Position numbers and translations under genes: made by a program
The notes under the pieces: generated by a model
What the model saw: only the letters and a program-made list of their open reading frames with translations
Databases searched by the model: none
Told to the model about the DNA's origin: nothing
NCBI GenBank assembly: GCA_964016885.1
Contig: OZ024761.1
Coordinates: 15,748,001 to 15,812,000, forward strand
Source: Eledone cirrhosa
Lineage: Eukaryota
DNA length: 64,000 nt
Direction: 5' to 3'
Part shown: piece by piece, positions 50,409-63,300 of the stretch
How positions within the stretch are numbered: position 1 is the first letter of the stretch
Layout: each line of letters starts with the position of its first letter

Positions 50409-50475
<67 letters not shown>

Positions 50476-50524
50476 TTATTAAAATAATAGATTAAAGTTT
50501 AAGCAAAGAATCGCAATTTATTAT

Positions 50525-50572
<48 letters not shown>

Positions 50573-50724
50573 TTTGTTGTATATACATATATAAACGACG
50601 TGCTTATATATGTTTATTTATGTTTGTTTTCCTTTTACTTCTATTGCCACTGGATTTCATTGCCAGAAGATTTACCAATCTGCATTGTAGAGGCTTCCAA
50701 ACTGACTATTTTATATATATATCC

Positions 50725-50811
<87 letters not shown>

Positions 50812-51003
50812 TCAGAGCAAACAGCACGGACACTCTATCTCAAAATTATTTTTGTAAAGCATTTAGAAATGCGCAACCGGTAAAAACTTAAAAACTTAAA
50901 ACCACAACTGAATACTAACCCATACAATCACTAATACTCTTTTATTCCTAATTAAACCATTTTTCAACTGTGAACAATTTGTCAGCATTTTCTATTCCGT
51001 TTA

Positions 51004-51071
<68 letters not shown>

Positions 51072-51076
<5 letters not shown>

Positions 51077-51770
51077 GGAACACTGGAAGGTAATATCCGT
51101 AGTGGTAGAGCACTCAGTCCAAGGGACGAGTTAGATAGAAGTGGTTACACAACAGTTAGTTCACCATACCGAGAACAATTGTTTCACCTTCGCGGATCTT
51201 CAGCTCGGGATGTGTATGGTTATAGGAACAGGAAGGATAACCGTACGAACGCGCATGCGCAGAAACTCGGTCACTTCACACAGGCAATAGTAGACTGCGT
51301 GCGGGGGTGGGGTGGGGTGTAAGGGAGATAACTGCGAAAGTCCGGAAAGTTTTTTGGTTGAAAATAAAATAAAAAAATTTAAAAATAAAATTACAAAGAA
51401 TCAGTTCGGAGCCTTGTAGTTATGTAAGAGATGTTTGGTGACGTGTGGACAACGTGTGAAAAATTCACTTCTCGTGTTTAGGCAATCACTATTGCGTAAT
51501 CTCTTTAAGATAGTTATTCGTTCGTCAATACATAAGCCACACGTCGGATTTCCCCTTGCGTATGGCTTGGACTTAGTGATGGCTTTCCATTGAATTACCC
51601 AATACTTGAGTCCTTGAGGGACCATACGTGGTTCGCGAGTTTCGTGGATGAACGTCTGTCCGGGTATCTGAAGGTAGACTGGTGGTTCAGGAAACGTTCC
51701 TTGAATCGGCCCTCCGCCATGCCCACATAGTATTTGACCTCCTGTGGTTCGTTGGAAGTGACCACAGCTT
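51072..51770 (-). mobile_element. 5'-truncated Penelope-like element: GIY-YIG endonuclease remnant plus 3' terminal region, inserted in (TA)n
   Basis: AVVTSNEPQEVKYYVGMAEGRFKERFLNHQSTF...TKLANHVWSLKD, frameshift near 51598, then IQWKAI...PY...CGLCIDER...LNTRSEFFTRCPH, stop at 51401. Confidence 0.85.
51163..51220 (-). ncRNA. Type I minimal hammerhead ribozyme in the Penelope-like 3' region
   Basis: ACCAUAC..CCGAG-CUGAAGA-UCCgcgaaGGU-GAAAC AAUU GUU^CUCGG-UAUGGU; palindromic stem III. Confidence 0.72.
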
Positions 51771-52381
51771 ATATATATATATATATATATATATACATAA
51801 AGTATATCATCTCTCCTATGTACAGTCTCACAATCTACGAGGAGCACAGGAGAGTTTGTCATGTCCTTGACACAGCTGAGAGTCCTCCCAACCCTTTATT
51901 TTCAAGCTTTCTATAGCTGGATGTCCCTTCCTATCACCAACCACTTGACACCATGTCCTGATTGTGTTTATCATGTAAATAACCAATATTAGGCAGGCTG
52001 TCATGTCTTTTACTTAACTGAGGGTCCTTCCAACCCTTTATTTAGCAAGCTTTCTATGGCTGGATGCCATTCCTCTCACCAACCGCTTTACAGCGTTTAG
52101 CGTATACTGGGTGTGTTTATCATGTAGATCACCAAACACTAGGGAGGCTATCATGCCTTGACACATCTGAAGGGTCCTCCCAACCCATTTTTTGGCTATG
52201 CTGTATATAATACCACCATCATCATCATCATCACCATCACTGCTTAATGTCTATTTTCCATGTTAACTTGTCCAATGACCATGTCTTGCTTGTATACTCC
52301 ATTTGTGAGTTAGTTTGTACGGCTGGATAGTATTCCTAATGCCAACCACGTTACACCGTATATATATATATAGCATGGTGA

Positions 52382-52627
52382 GTACATTCTTAAATTTATG
52401 GACACCCTGTATATTCCTATATTCCATTCTTCAAATTTATGAACACCCTGTACATTCTTAAATTTATGGACACCCTGTATATTCCTATATTCCATTCTTC
52501 AAATTTATGAACACCCTGTACATTCTTAAATTTATGGACACCCTGTATATTCCTATATTCCATTCTTCAAATTTATGAACACCCTGTACATTCTTAAATT
52601 TATGGACACCCTGTACATTCCATTCTT
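52382..52627. repeat. 68-bp tandem repeat, about 3.6 copies
   Basis: CACCCTGTAT at 52403, 52471, 52539. Confidence 0.9.
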
Positions 52628-54639
52628 CCTAGACCTGTATGTTCGATATTAGTTAACCCTTTAGCATTGAAACCGGCCATGTGGCCAGATATTCTCTCAC
52701 CTCTTTCTGTTCATCCCAGCCATAACCAGCCGCTTATACTGATGTTAAGGTATTGTTCTCAAAATAAATAATATCAAAATCTCATAAATTTGATATTATG
52801 TAAGATAATTATGTAAGATAAAGCCTTTACCACAAAAATACAATAGTAAATATAGAGTAATGTAAATACTAAAGGGTTAGTTTGATTGATTTTGAAACTA
52901 GGTTTTCCTTCTTTTTTTCTTGCCTCTTATTTTATTTATTTTTTGCCTATATATATATATATGTTTTTAACATTTAAGCGGATAGCTACATTGAACAATA
53001 TATAACACTGTCAGGAAAAGATGGTAGCTTATTAACACTTCTCCCCCTACCCACACCAACTCCACCATCACTGAGGTCTAGATTAAATAAAGAAACGGAT
53101 TAGAGGTTACGTTAATCCTTATAGGACACGTGTGAAGGTTATCACAATAAGAAAAGAGATTTGCCTTTAAGTGATTTCCGCTTTAAACAAATAAAAAAGA
53201 ACCCCCCCCCCCCAGGAGAGAATAGAAATAGGTCGAAAGGTTAATTAGAAATAACAATAGAGGATGGGGGGGAAAGGTAATGGGTGGAGTGGGAGATGAT
53301 GGGGAAGGCATGGGGAGAGAGAGAGAAGGAGAGGGAGATTGGTGTTGTGTTGTGGTTTAATGAAGTGTTGTTGTATTGAAGGTGGTATGTTGGTAATAGG
53401 AAATAAAAAAAATGGGTGGGTGGTTGGTTGGTGGGGATAAACATAATGCTATGGATGAGAATTATATATATATATATAACTGCCTGAGTCCATCTCAACG
53501 GCCGATGACCCTAGAGTTCTGTGTCCTTCGTTTGTATTTTTACTTAAAAAAACAATTTTTTAGTGTTTCCCCTTAACCCTTTAATATTTACATTACTCTC
53601 TATATTTACTATTGTATTTTCATGGTAAAGACTTTATCTCACATAATTATCTCACATAATATCAAAACTACAAGATTTTGATATTATTTAGTTTGAGAAC
53701 AATACCTCAACATTAGTATGCGTGGCCGATTACAGCCGGTTTGAACAGAAAAAGAAGAGAGAATTCTGGCCGGATATGGCCAGTTTAAATGCTAAAGGGT
53801 TAAAAAATTGTATTTTGTTTTGCCTTGTTTCCGTTCGTTGTCTTGTCCTCTCTTTGTTAATTTCCTTAAGTTTATCAATACTAATGTGACATACATTTAT
53901 CTCTTCTCTCCCCACCTGCCCCATTTATTTCAATGGCTCACCTTTTTTAACACAATATCTTACTTTCTTCTTGCTTTTTGACTGTTTCATTCATGACTCT
54001 CGTGCTATAAGAGGCACCACACCTTTCCCCTGATGTCACATAAAATTCTATGTGTTCCTGTTGTTGCTTCATTGCTATAAATTAATGTTTTGTCTCTCAT
54101 TTCTTACTCCACTCGACAGTGTTTGGCTTGTGTCAGATGCTGTGACCCCGAGTGGTCTAGCAGTACCGTTGGTAGGGGTTGAAACTGCCAAAATTCATCT
54201 CAACGGCCGATGACCCTGGAGTTGTGTCCTTTGTTTGTATTTATTCCTATATAGATACAGAATTGGCAGTATTGGTAGAGGGTCGGATGCCATGCTTTGA
54301 CGTATAGAGTTACGGCCCTTGCCATTCTGAGTTCAAATCCCGCCAAGGTTAACTTTGCCTTTCATCCTTACGGGGTCGATAAAATAAACAATTATTTACA
54401 CCCACCCGACCCCTAATCCTCACAGCCTCTCACCCCTAATACCCAGTAAGTGTTAAAAATCACACAGACATGACTTCTTTCATAAAATATAATCCATTAA
54501 GATTAATCAACATATTACCACTAGCTAATCTTTGTAATTCTTAGTCTCAGGGTAATTGTCTTTATTTGTATGTTTCGTCATTTTTCTCATTTTTGTTTTT
54601 TAATCTTGATCTTTATCCATTTGTTCATATTACTCTTTT

Positions 54640-55000
54640 ATTCTTTTATCTGTTCCAGCCTTCTGGCTGAGGCCATGCTGGGGCACCGCCCTTGTTGCTT
54701 CACTTTCTATACCAAGCCTGCGTTCGGTGGCCATTGATGTAGGAAGGAGCTCATTGCTACTGCCCTTAAGTTACCTTCATTCCATGCTGTAGGTTCATCT
54801 GGGATCTTGGATAGCAGAGCATCAAGATGTTTCTTGAAAACAACCATGTCCATACCATGTAGATCTCTCAAGTTTCTGGGCAGCTTACTAAAGAGTTGGT
54901 GGCCTTTGAACCCCAGGCTATTGCAATATCTGTTCCTTACTCTAGATGTGAAAGACGGGGCCTTTGGCATTACACAGTGACATCCTGTTCAAGGCTTAAT
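54640..55000 (-). mobile_element. LINE (CR1/Jockey-group-like) 3' fragment
   Basis: NSLGFKGHQLFSKLPRNLR...VFKKHLDALLSKIPDEP. Confidence 0.6.
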
Positions 55001-55014
55001 CCAGCTCTTAATAT

Positions 55015-55500
55015 TCTGTGTATCTGGTTTACAATGAGTATACCATATCCCTGTGTGTATCTGGTTTAGAATAGGTAAACCGTACCCCTGTGTGTATCTG
55101 GTTTACAATAGGTACATTGTATCCCTGTATGTATTTGGTTTACCATAGGTACACCATATCCCTGTATGTATTTGGTTTACCATAGGTACACCATATCCCT
55201 GTATGTATTTGGTTTACCATAGGTACACCATATCCCTGTATGTATTTGGTTTACCATAGGTACACCATATCCCTGTATGTATTTGGTTTACCATAGGTAC
55301 ACCATATCCCTGTATGTATTTGGTTTACCATAGGTACACCATATCCCTGTATGTATTTGGTTTACCATAGGTACACCATATCCCTGTATGTATTTGGTTT
55401 ACCATAGGTACACCATATCCCTGTATGTATTTGGTTTACCATAGGTACACCATATCCCTGTGTGTATCTGATTTACAATAGGTACAGCATATCTCTGTGT
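55015..55500. repeat. 37-bp minisatellite, about 13 copies
   Basis: CCCTGTATGTATTTGGTTTACCATAGGTACACCATAT; homogeneous centre, diverged edges. Confidence 0.95.
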
Positions 55501-55765
55501 ATCGTAAGAGGCAACTGAAAAGATGAATGTCAAGAAGGGCTTCTGGCTGCAAAATATTGCTTTAAAATGGACTCCATAATCTGTATGAAACCTCCATGGT
55601 AATCACAAAGCCATCCTCCATTGTAGCAGGGAAATATCTTTTTTTATACTACAGTAGGGTGTTGTTATTGTTGTTATAACACACACCTGCATAGGTTTAC
55701 CTGTATCAAATGAGCTTTCGGGGTTACACTGTAACAAGGAGTAGTTTTTTTCTTGCCTGCCAGTA

Positions 55766-55988
55766 TATGAGGGGCTTCTGAAAAGTTCCTGGTTTGATCG
55801 TTGTCACAGAGGCCTGGTTGTTGGAAGTTTAGCCTTCTGAGTTCTTTTTACAGAGCTTAGAAAAACTGAAGGACCACTGCAATAAGTGTGTGAATCTGAG
55901 AGGGAAATATGTTGAATAAAATCATAATTAACTGATCCTCCTGTATTTTCTTTTACTCAAATCCAGGAACTTTTTAGCAACCTACTTG
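55766..55988. mobile_element. Mariner-like MITE (related pieces at 2620, 12578-12750, 17524-17690)
   Basis: TATGAGGGG.TTCTGAAAAGTTCCTGG ... CCAGGAACTTTTTAGCAACC imperfect terminal inverted repeats. Confidence 0.55.
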
Positions 55989-56404
55989 CATTTGGAAGCT
56001 AACTAGCTGTTGTTGCTGTCCTTATTTTTTATTTTTATTGCTGCACAACTGAACAAAAGTAAACTCTTTCAATGCGATACTAAACTACGACCTAATACAG
56101 TGGTTGTAATTATCTAATCACTGGACACAGGACCTATAAAAGGATACTGGAGAGGGGTCAGGAGTAACTTCAGCCAGTATACATTTTAATAAGAAACGAC
56201 ATCCTTACACAATTACCTCCCTTTGACCACACTTAATGGACATTCAATTGCTCCCCCCCCCCTCAACTTTTATTCTTTTTCATATCTTTCTTGTTTTTTT
56301 TTCTATGAGGAAACCATTTCCCTATATATCTACAAGAAGATTTGTTTATAAGTTGATTATATAACATATAATGAAATATATAAGTAAATAGAAGATCAGA
56401 AACA

Positions 56405-56700
56405 AAGATATGTGGGAGCGAGTAGACCAGGAACCAGTGGCAAAGCAGATTCTGCGGAGGAAGTGGAGCTGGATTGGACACACCCTCAGGAAACCAGCAT
56501 CCAATACCACATGCCAAGCCCTGACCTGGAGCCCGCAGGATAATAGGAAGTGAAGTCAGCCCCATGAAAGCAGGAGGTGAGACACTGACGCTGAATTAAG
56601 AAAGCTGGAAACCGACTGGAGTGGAGTGGTGAGAGCAGCCCAGGATCGTGTATGATGACAGAGGGTCATCAATGGCCCATGCTCCACAGAGAGCAATGCA
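56405..56700 (+). mobile_element. Degraded RTE/BovB-like LINE 3' fragment
   Basis: RRKWSWIGHTLRK...QALTWSPQ remnant. Confidence 0.65.
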
Positions 56701-58399
56701 ATAAAAGCATCCAGTACGTGCTGTAAAGTGGTTGGTGTTAGGAAAGGCATACAGTCGCAGAAAGCTTGCCAAATGAGGGGTTATGAGGATCTTGCGGTTT
56801 GTGTTAAACGGCACCGCATCTTCACCTCTTCACTCACTAATGACTGTACGTAAGCGGGATACAGACTCCCCCAGCCTGTCTGGGATGTCAGTGGCTTCGC
56901 GTCAGTACTAATGAAGTCTATGTAGACCCGTCCAACCCTTGCTTGCAGGGAAAGAGGACATTAACGGATGATGATGTGGTAGAAAATATAAAATACACTT
57001 TACGAATCTTCTCACAGATCACATTCCCTTCACACCTTTGGACATTTTAACAACAAATAGAATTCTGTTATAGCCTTCTACTATAAATTGAAAGATAAAA
57101 CATCTACTTACAGTAAGAAAATTATGACTGCAGAAAGCTAGTTAAAGCTATTACTTTTGATGGTAAACAACAATTAATATAACATTATAATAATAATAAA
57201 AATAATAATGAAATTATTGTGTAAAGTGCTCAGGTGCACTACAACTCGTCAAAGGTATAGTACATAGAATAATATACCAATGTCAGGGAAGTGAATAGTG
57301 TATGAGTCATGATATACATGTGTGTATGTGTATGGAGGGGGAACATTAGGTGTAGTGTTGGCGAATCTCGGGAAGCATGGAGGTTTTAAAGGATGCAGTG
57401 CCTCGACAGCTAACAACCGATGCAGGTAGTTTGTTCCACACTTCAGCAATTCTGAGGGTGAAAAACTGTTTCCGAAAGTCATGGGAACTGTGCTGTTTTC
57501 TGACTTTGTGGGCAACTGTATACATTTGTCCCCCAGTATTCACAGGGGTTACATTTCTAGAACGCCCGCGAAGAGTGAAAAACTGCGAATAATGGACGTG
57601 GCCCATAAAAATGCCTATAAACGCCAAAATATAACGTAAAAAGTATTATAAAAAAAGAAGAAGCATCTTATACAGAAGGCACTTCTGTGCGCACCTTTCT
57701 GTGTTTGAATCAAAGATACACACACACACACACATATATATATGCCCCAGCATGGCCTCAGCCGGATGGCTGAAACAGGTAAAAGAGTAAAAGAGTATAT
57801 ATATATATATAAAAGGTGCAGAGCACTAGAAGTCGGTGGAAACCGCGGAGTGGGGAGACCCAAGATGACCTGGGATGAGGTGATAAAAGCTGACCTTACC
57901 CAATTACACCTCTTTTTTAAAACTTGGTGAAGCCCATCTCCTCTCTAAGTTTGAATACAGTAGATTTCTTCCAAAGAAAGATAAAGAGTGAGAGAATAGA
58001 AGTGAGAAAGAGATATAGAGGAAGAATTGACCCCAGTACTAGACTGGTACTTTTTTGTTTATCGACCTCGAATGGATGAAAGGCAAAGTTGACGCCAGTG
58101 GGATTTAAACTTAGAGAGGAGAAAGCCGAAACGAATACTACAAACATTCTAAAGGCTCTGCCGCCTTCAACACCAATACTTAACTTGATCAGAGACAATA
58201 CTGTTGTAACCTTAAGATGGTAGAGTGTTTTTTAGAGTTGGTGCTGCACTAGAAATGCACCTATCCCCTACTGTAAAGTGGTAATATGTAACAACTTGTC
58301 TAACCCATGCAGGCATGGAGAATGGATGTTAAATGAAATATGCACAGAAGAAAAGGTGCATTATAATTACATAAATGTACACCCAGCTGATCAATCAAC

Positions 58400-58825
58400 C
58401 AGCACTAGTCACACACACAAACACATACATCCTCACACAGACTCACATACTCACTTTTACACTCACACCTCCTAACACATCCCCACAACATACTCACATA
58501 TTCACCTCCTCACATATACTCACTCACCCACTCACACATTCACTAACTCACACATCCACTCACACACTCACTAACATGTACTCGTTTACTCAAGTTGTCT
58601 GTACACACACACACACACTCACACTCAAAAATAAACGCCAACATCCAACCAACCCTAGGCACACAAACACACACACACACACAGATACACACACACAACC
58701 ACACCCTCACACACACACACACACACACACAGTTACACACACACAACCACACCCTCACACACACAACCACACCCTCACACACACACACACACACACACAC
58801 AACCACACAGCCACACACACACACT
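58400..58825. repeat. (CA)n-rich microsatellite
   Basis: Seen directly. Confidence 0.9.
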
Positions 58826-59354
58826 GAGGGTGAATGTCTCCATATGATTTTGACTACATCCTGTTTCCAGAAGACTGAACAGAAACCCGTGTAACATTTG
58901 ACAGCTCTACAACAAAGAGCTCATGTGTAGGACATCGTTTCGTCACATGTTCCTATCGACCAGGACTTGCCAAGGTAGACATAGACGTATTGAAATATCG
59001 ATACACACAACTGGGAGGCAGCAGAAGTGGAGTGGGGTGTGGGTTGGGTTGGTTTGGAGAGGGGAGGAGATGCTGGTAGGTGTGTGTCGTCATAAATAAT
59101 AATAAAAAAAAAAAGAAACAGATATTGATTTCTTACATAAATAATTATGAGGCCTGTAAAAGTATGGGCAATACATCATCATCATCATCACCATCACCAT
59201 CACCATCACCATCATCAGAATCAACACCATTATCATCATTATCATTGCCATCGGTTGCAAATCCAGGTAGAAGGAGCAACGTGAAATAAAGTGTCTTGTT
59301 CATAATTCCCAGTCCAGGAATCGAACTCACAACCTCAGCCATGTGCCTTAACAA

Positions 59355-59387
<33 letters not shown>

Positions 59388-59911
59388 AACAGTCCTATGC
59401 GAGCAAGACAACCACTCTTGCCTCAAGTGGGAAAACTCCCGTCCAAACCCATGCAAGCGTGGAACATGGACGTTAAACGATGATGATGATGATGATGATG
59501 ATGAAACGGAAAAAATGAAACGAAATTTCATTTCCCACTCTTAGTACGGCTGTTACTTAAATATAAGTATGTACACATACATACATATATGTATACAGAT
59601 GTACAGTAGTATGTATATATATATATATACATACATGCACACATATATATATGTACGTATGGATTCACCGAACATTTATTATAATGCTCGGTGTGTTTGT
59701 AAACAAACATCCCGTATTCGGTGCACCCGGCCGATTAACCCACTCGATATGCAAATTGGGCTACTCAGCCGTTAATGTGCATAAGGTAAGTATATACGTT
59801 CAACAATCTGGCAGGAAGGTATATGTTGCTGACAATAGCTAATAAGCTTGAAACTAGTACAGCGTTCTTTTGACGGCTTAATACGGGATGTTTGTTTACA
59901 AACACACCGAG

Positions 59912-59946
<35 letters not shown>

Positions 59947-60289
59947 AAGAAATTAAAAGATGGTTAAAAAAGTTCCATGTATTTTATTATGCGCATTTCA
60001 AAAACAAATATCATCCAGGTTTTTAAGCTTCATATCATGTCTCCCTATTTTATCTGATGAGAACGCAAATATCGTCCCTGGATGATATTTGTTTTGAAAT
60101 GCGCATAATAAAATACATGGAACTTTTTTAACCATCTTTTAATTTCTTCTTATATATACTCCAGTCCAATAAACTGTTGAGTGCTACTTATCCGATATTT
60201 GCATTGTTTTATTGTGCTACAATAAAACTCACCTCCTACATATATATATATAAATATAAATATATATATATATAAATATAAATATATAT

Positions 60290-60331
<42 letters not shown>

Positions 60332-61029
60332 CTTCATCATCATCATCATCATCATCGTTGTTTAATGTCCATCTTTCACGCTAGCATGGGTTGGACAGGT
60401 TTGTCCAGCTTGAGGCAAGATTGGTCACATGACCATATCTTGCTTGCACAGAACTGTATATATATATATATATATATATTCTCTTCCCTAGCAAGGGATA
60501 GATGGATCTACATAGACTAAGTCAGTACTGAAGTGGGGGCCACTCACCTCCTAGACAAGCCAGGGTGGTGGGGTCTACACCTCACTTACGTATGGTCTTA
60601 TGTTCTATCATGTACATAGGGGAGATTGTCTTACCTTTGACACAACTGACGGGCCATTTCAACCCCTTGTATATCTTAAGAAAAAGAAACTGATGTTTCC
60701 ATTCAAATACTTAATTTGTAATCTTACATAACATGTGTTTCCCAAATGTATATCTCTGAGACACAAAGGGTTATGTAGCGTGAATTTGCATATCAGATGT
60801 TATGTCGACTACAGTAGTATAAATACATTCAAAATCTGAAACATGTGTTACGCCTCATTACAAATAAAATATGTTGAATTGACTCTTTGAGCTCTCTATC
60901 TTTACATAAACACACTACGCCTTATGTCAATGATGGTATCAATAGAAAGATGATGGCATCAATCACCTTGAAAGATGATGGTATCAACCCCCCACCCCCC
61001 ACCCCTCCTCCTTATTCTTCTTTGCACAC

Positions 61030-61810
61030 GTATTCCTGGTGGGTCATAGGGGAAAAGTCCTCAAACACTCCTTCCAGCAGGTCTTGGTCAGAAGCAACCA
61101 CCTCCAATTGATCCAGCTGGATCCCTCCCCAAGCAAGACCAGCTGAGCTCATGGAAGTTATCCAACCATCACGCTCAGGGTCTACCTGGAGATCTTCTGT
61201 CAGTTGGTTTTTGCACTTAAAATCTGTCCTATCCAATACTTTTCTGAGACATGCTAACCACATGCCTGTAATATCGAAGCTGTGATCTCTTAAGTCAGAG
61301 AACTGATGGCTCTCTCTCTCAAGTGACTCTCTGATCTCTGAGCTATGAACTCAATCACGTAATGTTACTTCAAAGACCTTTCAGAGGAGCCCCATTTCGG
61401 CCACTTGTATTCTGACTACATGTCTGTATTATCGGCGCTGTGATCTCTCATTTCAGAGAAGTAGCAGCTCCACCTGAAGTGACTTTCTGATATCCGAGCT
61501 ACACACTCTATTGAGTAATGTTACTCCAAAGACTCTTGGGAGGAACTCCATTTCGGCCACTTTTATTCTGACTACATGTCCGTGATATTGGAGTTGTGAT
61601 CTCTTGATCCAAAGAAGTAGCAACTCTATCTGGAGTCACTATGCACTCTATCAAGTAATGTTACTCCAAAGACCTTTTGGAGAAACTTCATTTTGATCAC
61701 TTTTATTCTGACTACATGTCCGTAACATCAGAGCTGTGATCTCTCATTTCAGAGAAGTAGCAGCTCTACCTGGACTGACTCTCTGATCTTCGAGCCACAA
61801 ACTCTATCAT
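61030..61810 (-). mobile_element. Degraded RTE fragment with about 4 internal tandem subrepeats of about 155 bp
   Basis: CTGACTACATGTC...GTGATCTCT recurs at about 61412, 61568, 61708. Confidence 0.55.
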
Positions 61811-62190
61811 AATTCAAGTAAAAGCACAGTGTTGAAAATATAATATCCATAGTAATAATTGTTACTCATGAACTGGAATTTACAGGTACAACTCAATTTT
61901 GCTAACTGAAAGAACTGCAGTAGTGTGAAATAAAGTGTCTTGCTCAAGGATGCACTTCACCACAAGGAATCAAACTTAGGATTTTTAAATCGTGAGATAA
62001 ACACTCAAACTACAGTCACATGCCTTCACACTCAGTCACACACACATTAATAAAATATAATACAATATAATATGTATGAAACATGCAATGAAGGGTGTTT
62101 TGTGTTTAATGTCTATGGAAAATATGTTTCAGGGAAAATGGACATTAAATGATGATGATGATGTCCTAGAATCCAAGTGGAATGTTATCG

Positions 62191-62237
<47 letters not shown>

Positions 62238-62290
62238 CATATATATACGTACACCCACACACAGGCATATATATATATATGTGTGTATGT

Positions 62291-62332
<42 letters not shown>

Positions 62333-62659
62333 AATAGATATCGATCGTAAATACTGGATAGACTGCATAGAGAAATATCAATAAACATATTATTTGAATG
62401 ACTTCACTGGAACAGATGTAACTGATAGAAAATGCAAGAGAGAGGAAGGGCAGGGAATCAGAGAGAAAGGGTGACATGTAGAGAGATTGGAAAAGAGATG
62501 GTGACATTATATATATATATATATATATAATATATAGAAAGAGAGAGAAAGAGGGGGAGATGTTTATAGATAGAAAGTCGGTGATAATGATTGATTGAAA
62601 AAGAGAAAACGGGATATATATATATACATATATATATGCATTTATATATATACATACAT

Positions 62660-63300
62660 ATCTACACAGGAAGGATTCATAGAAGTGGTTGATAGCTTCT
62701 GCTATTTAGGTGACTTAATTAGCACCAGAGGAGGGTGCTCTGAGACTGTAATAGTTAGAATAAGGATAGGATGGAAGAAGTTTAGAGAGCTACTCTCATT
62801 GTTGACAACAAAAGTTTCTACCTACACACAAATGGATGGATGACTGTATGATGTCTATATGCGAAGTGTGATAATAATAATAATAATGAAATTATTGTGT
62901 AAAGTGCTCAGGTGCACTACAACTCGTCAAAGGTGCATGTATAGTACATAGAATAATACACAAATGTCATGGAAGTGAATAGTGTATGAGTCATGATATA
63001 CATGCTGCATGGTTGTGAAACATAGGCAGTGATTGTAGAGGACATGTGTAGACTAGAAAGAAATGAAGCAACCATGCTTCAGTGGTTCTAATGTGGATGA
63101 ACTGAGGGAGAAACTGGGTTTAAGAGGAATCCGAAGTGGTGTGCAAAAGAGAAGATGTATTAGTATGGACATGTGATGGTCATGGATGATGATTACTGGA
63201 TGGAGAAGTGCCAGAAAAACCCAGGGGAAGGAAGCCTCAGTAGAAGTAAACCAAGAAAGACCTGAGCAGAGGCAGTGAGAACTGATCTCAAATCATTGAG
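62660..63300 (+). mobile_element. Degraded copy of the same RTE family, interrupted by a CR1-like 3' end
   Basis: IEVVDSFCYLGDLISTRGGCSE...RIRIGWKKFRELL matches the region from about 48720. Confidence 0.8.
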
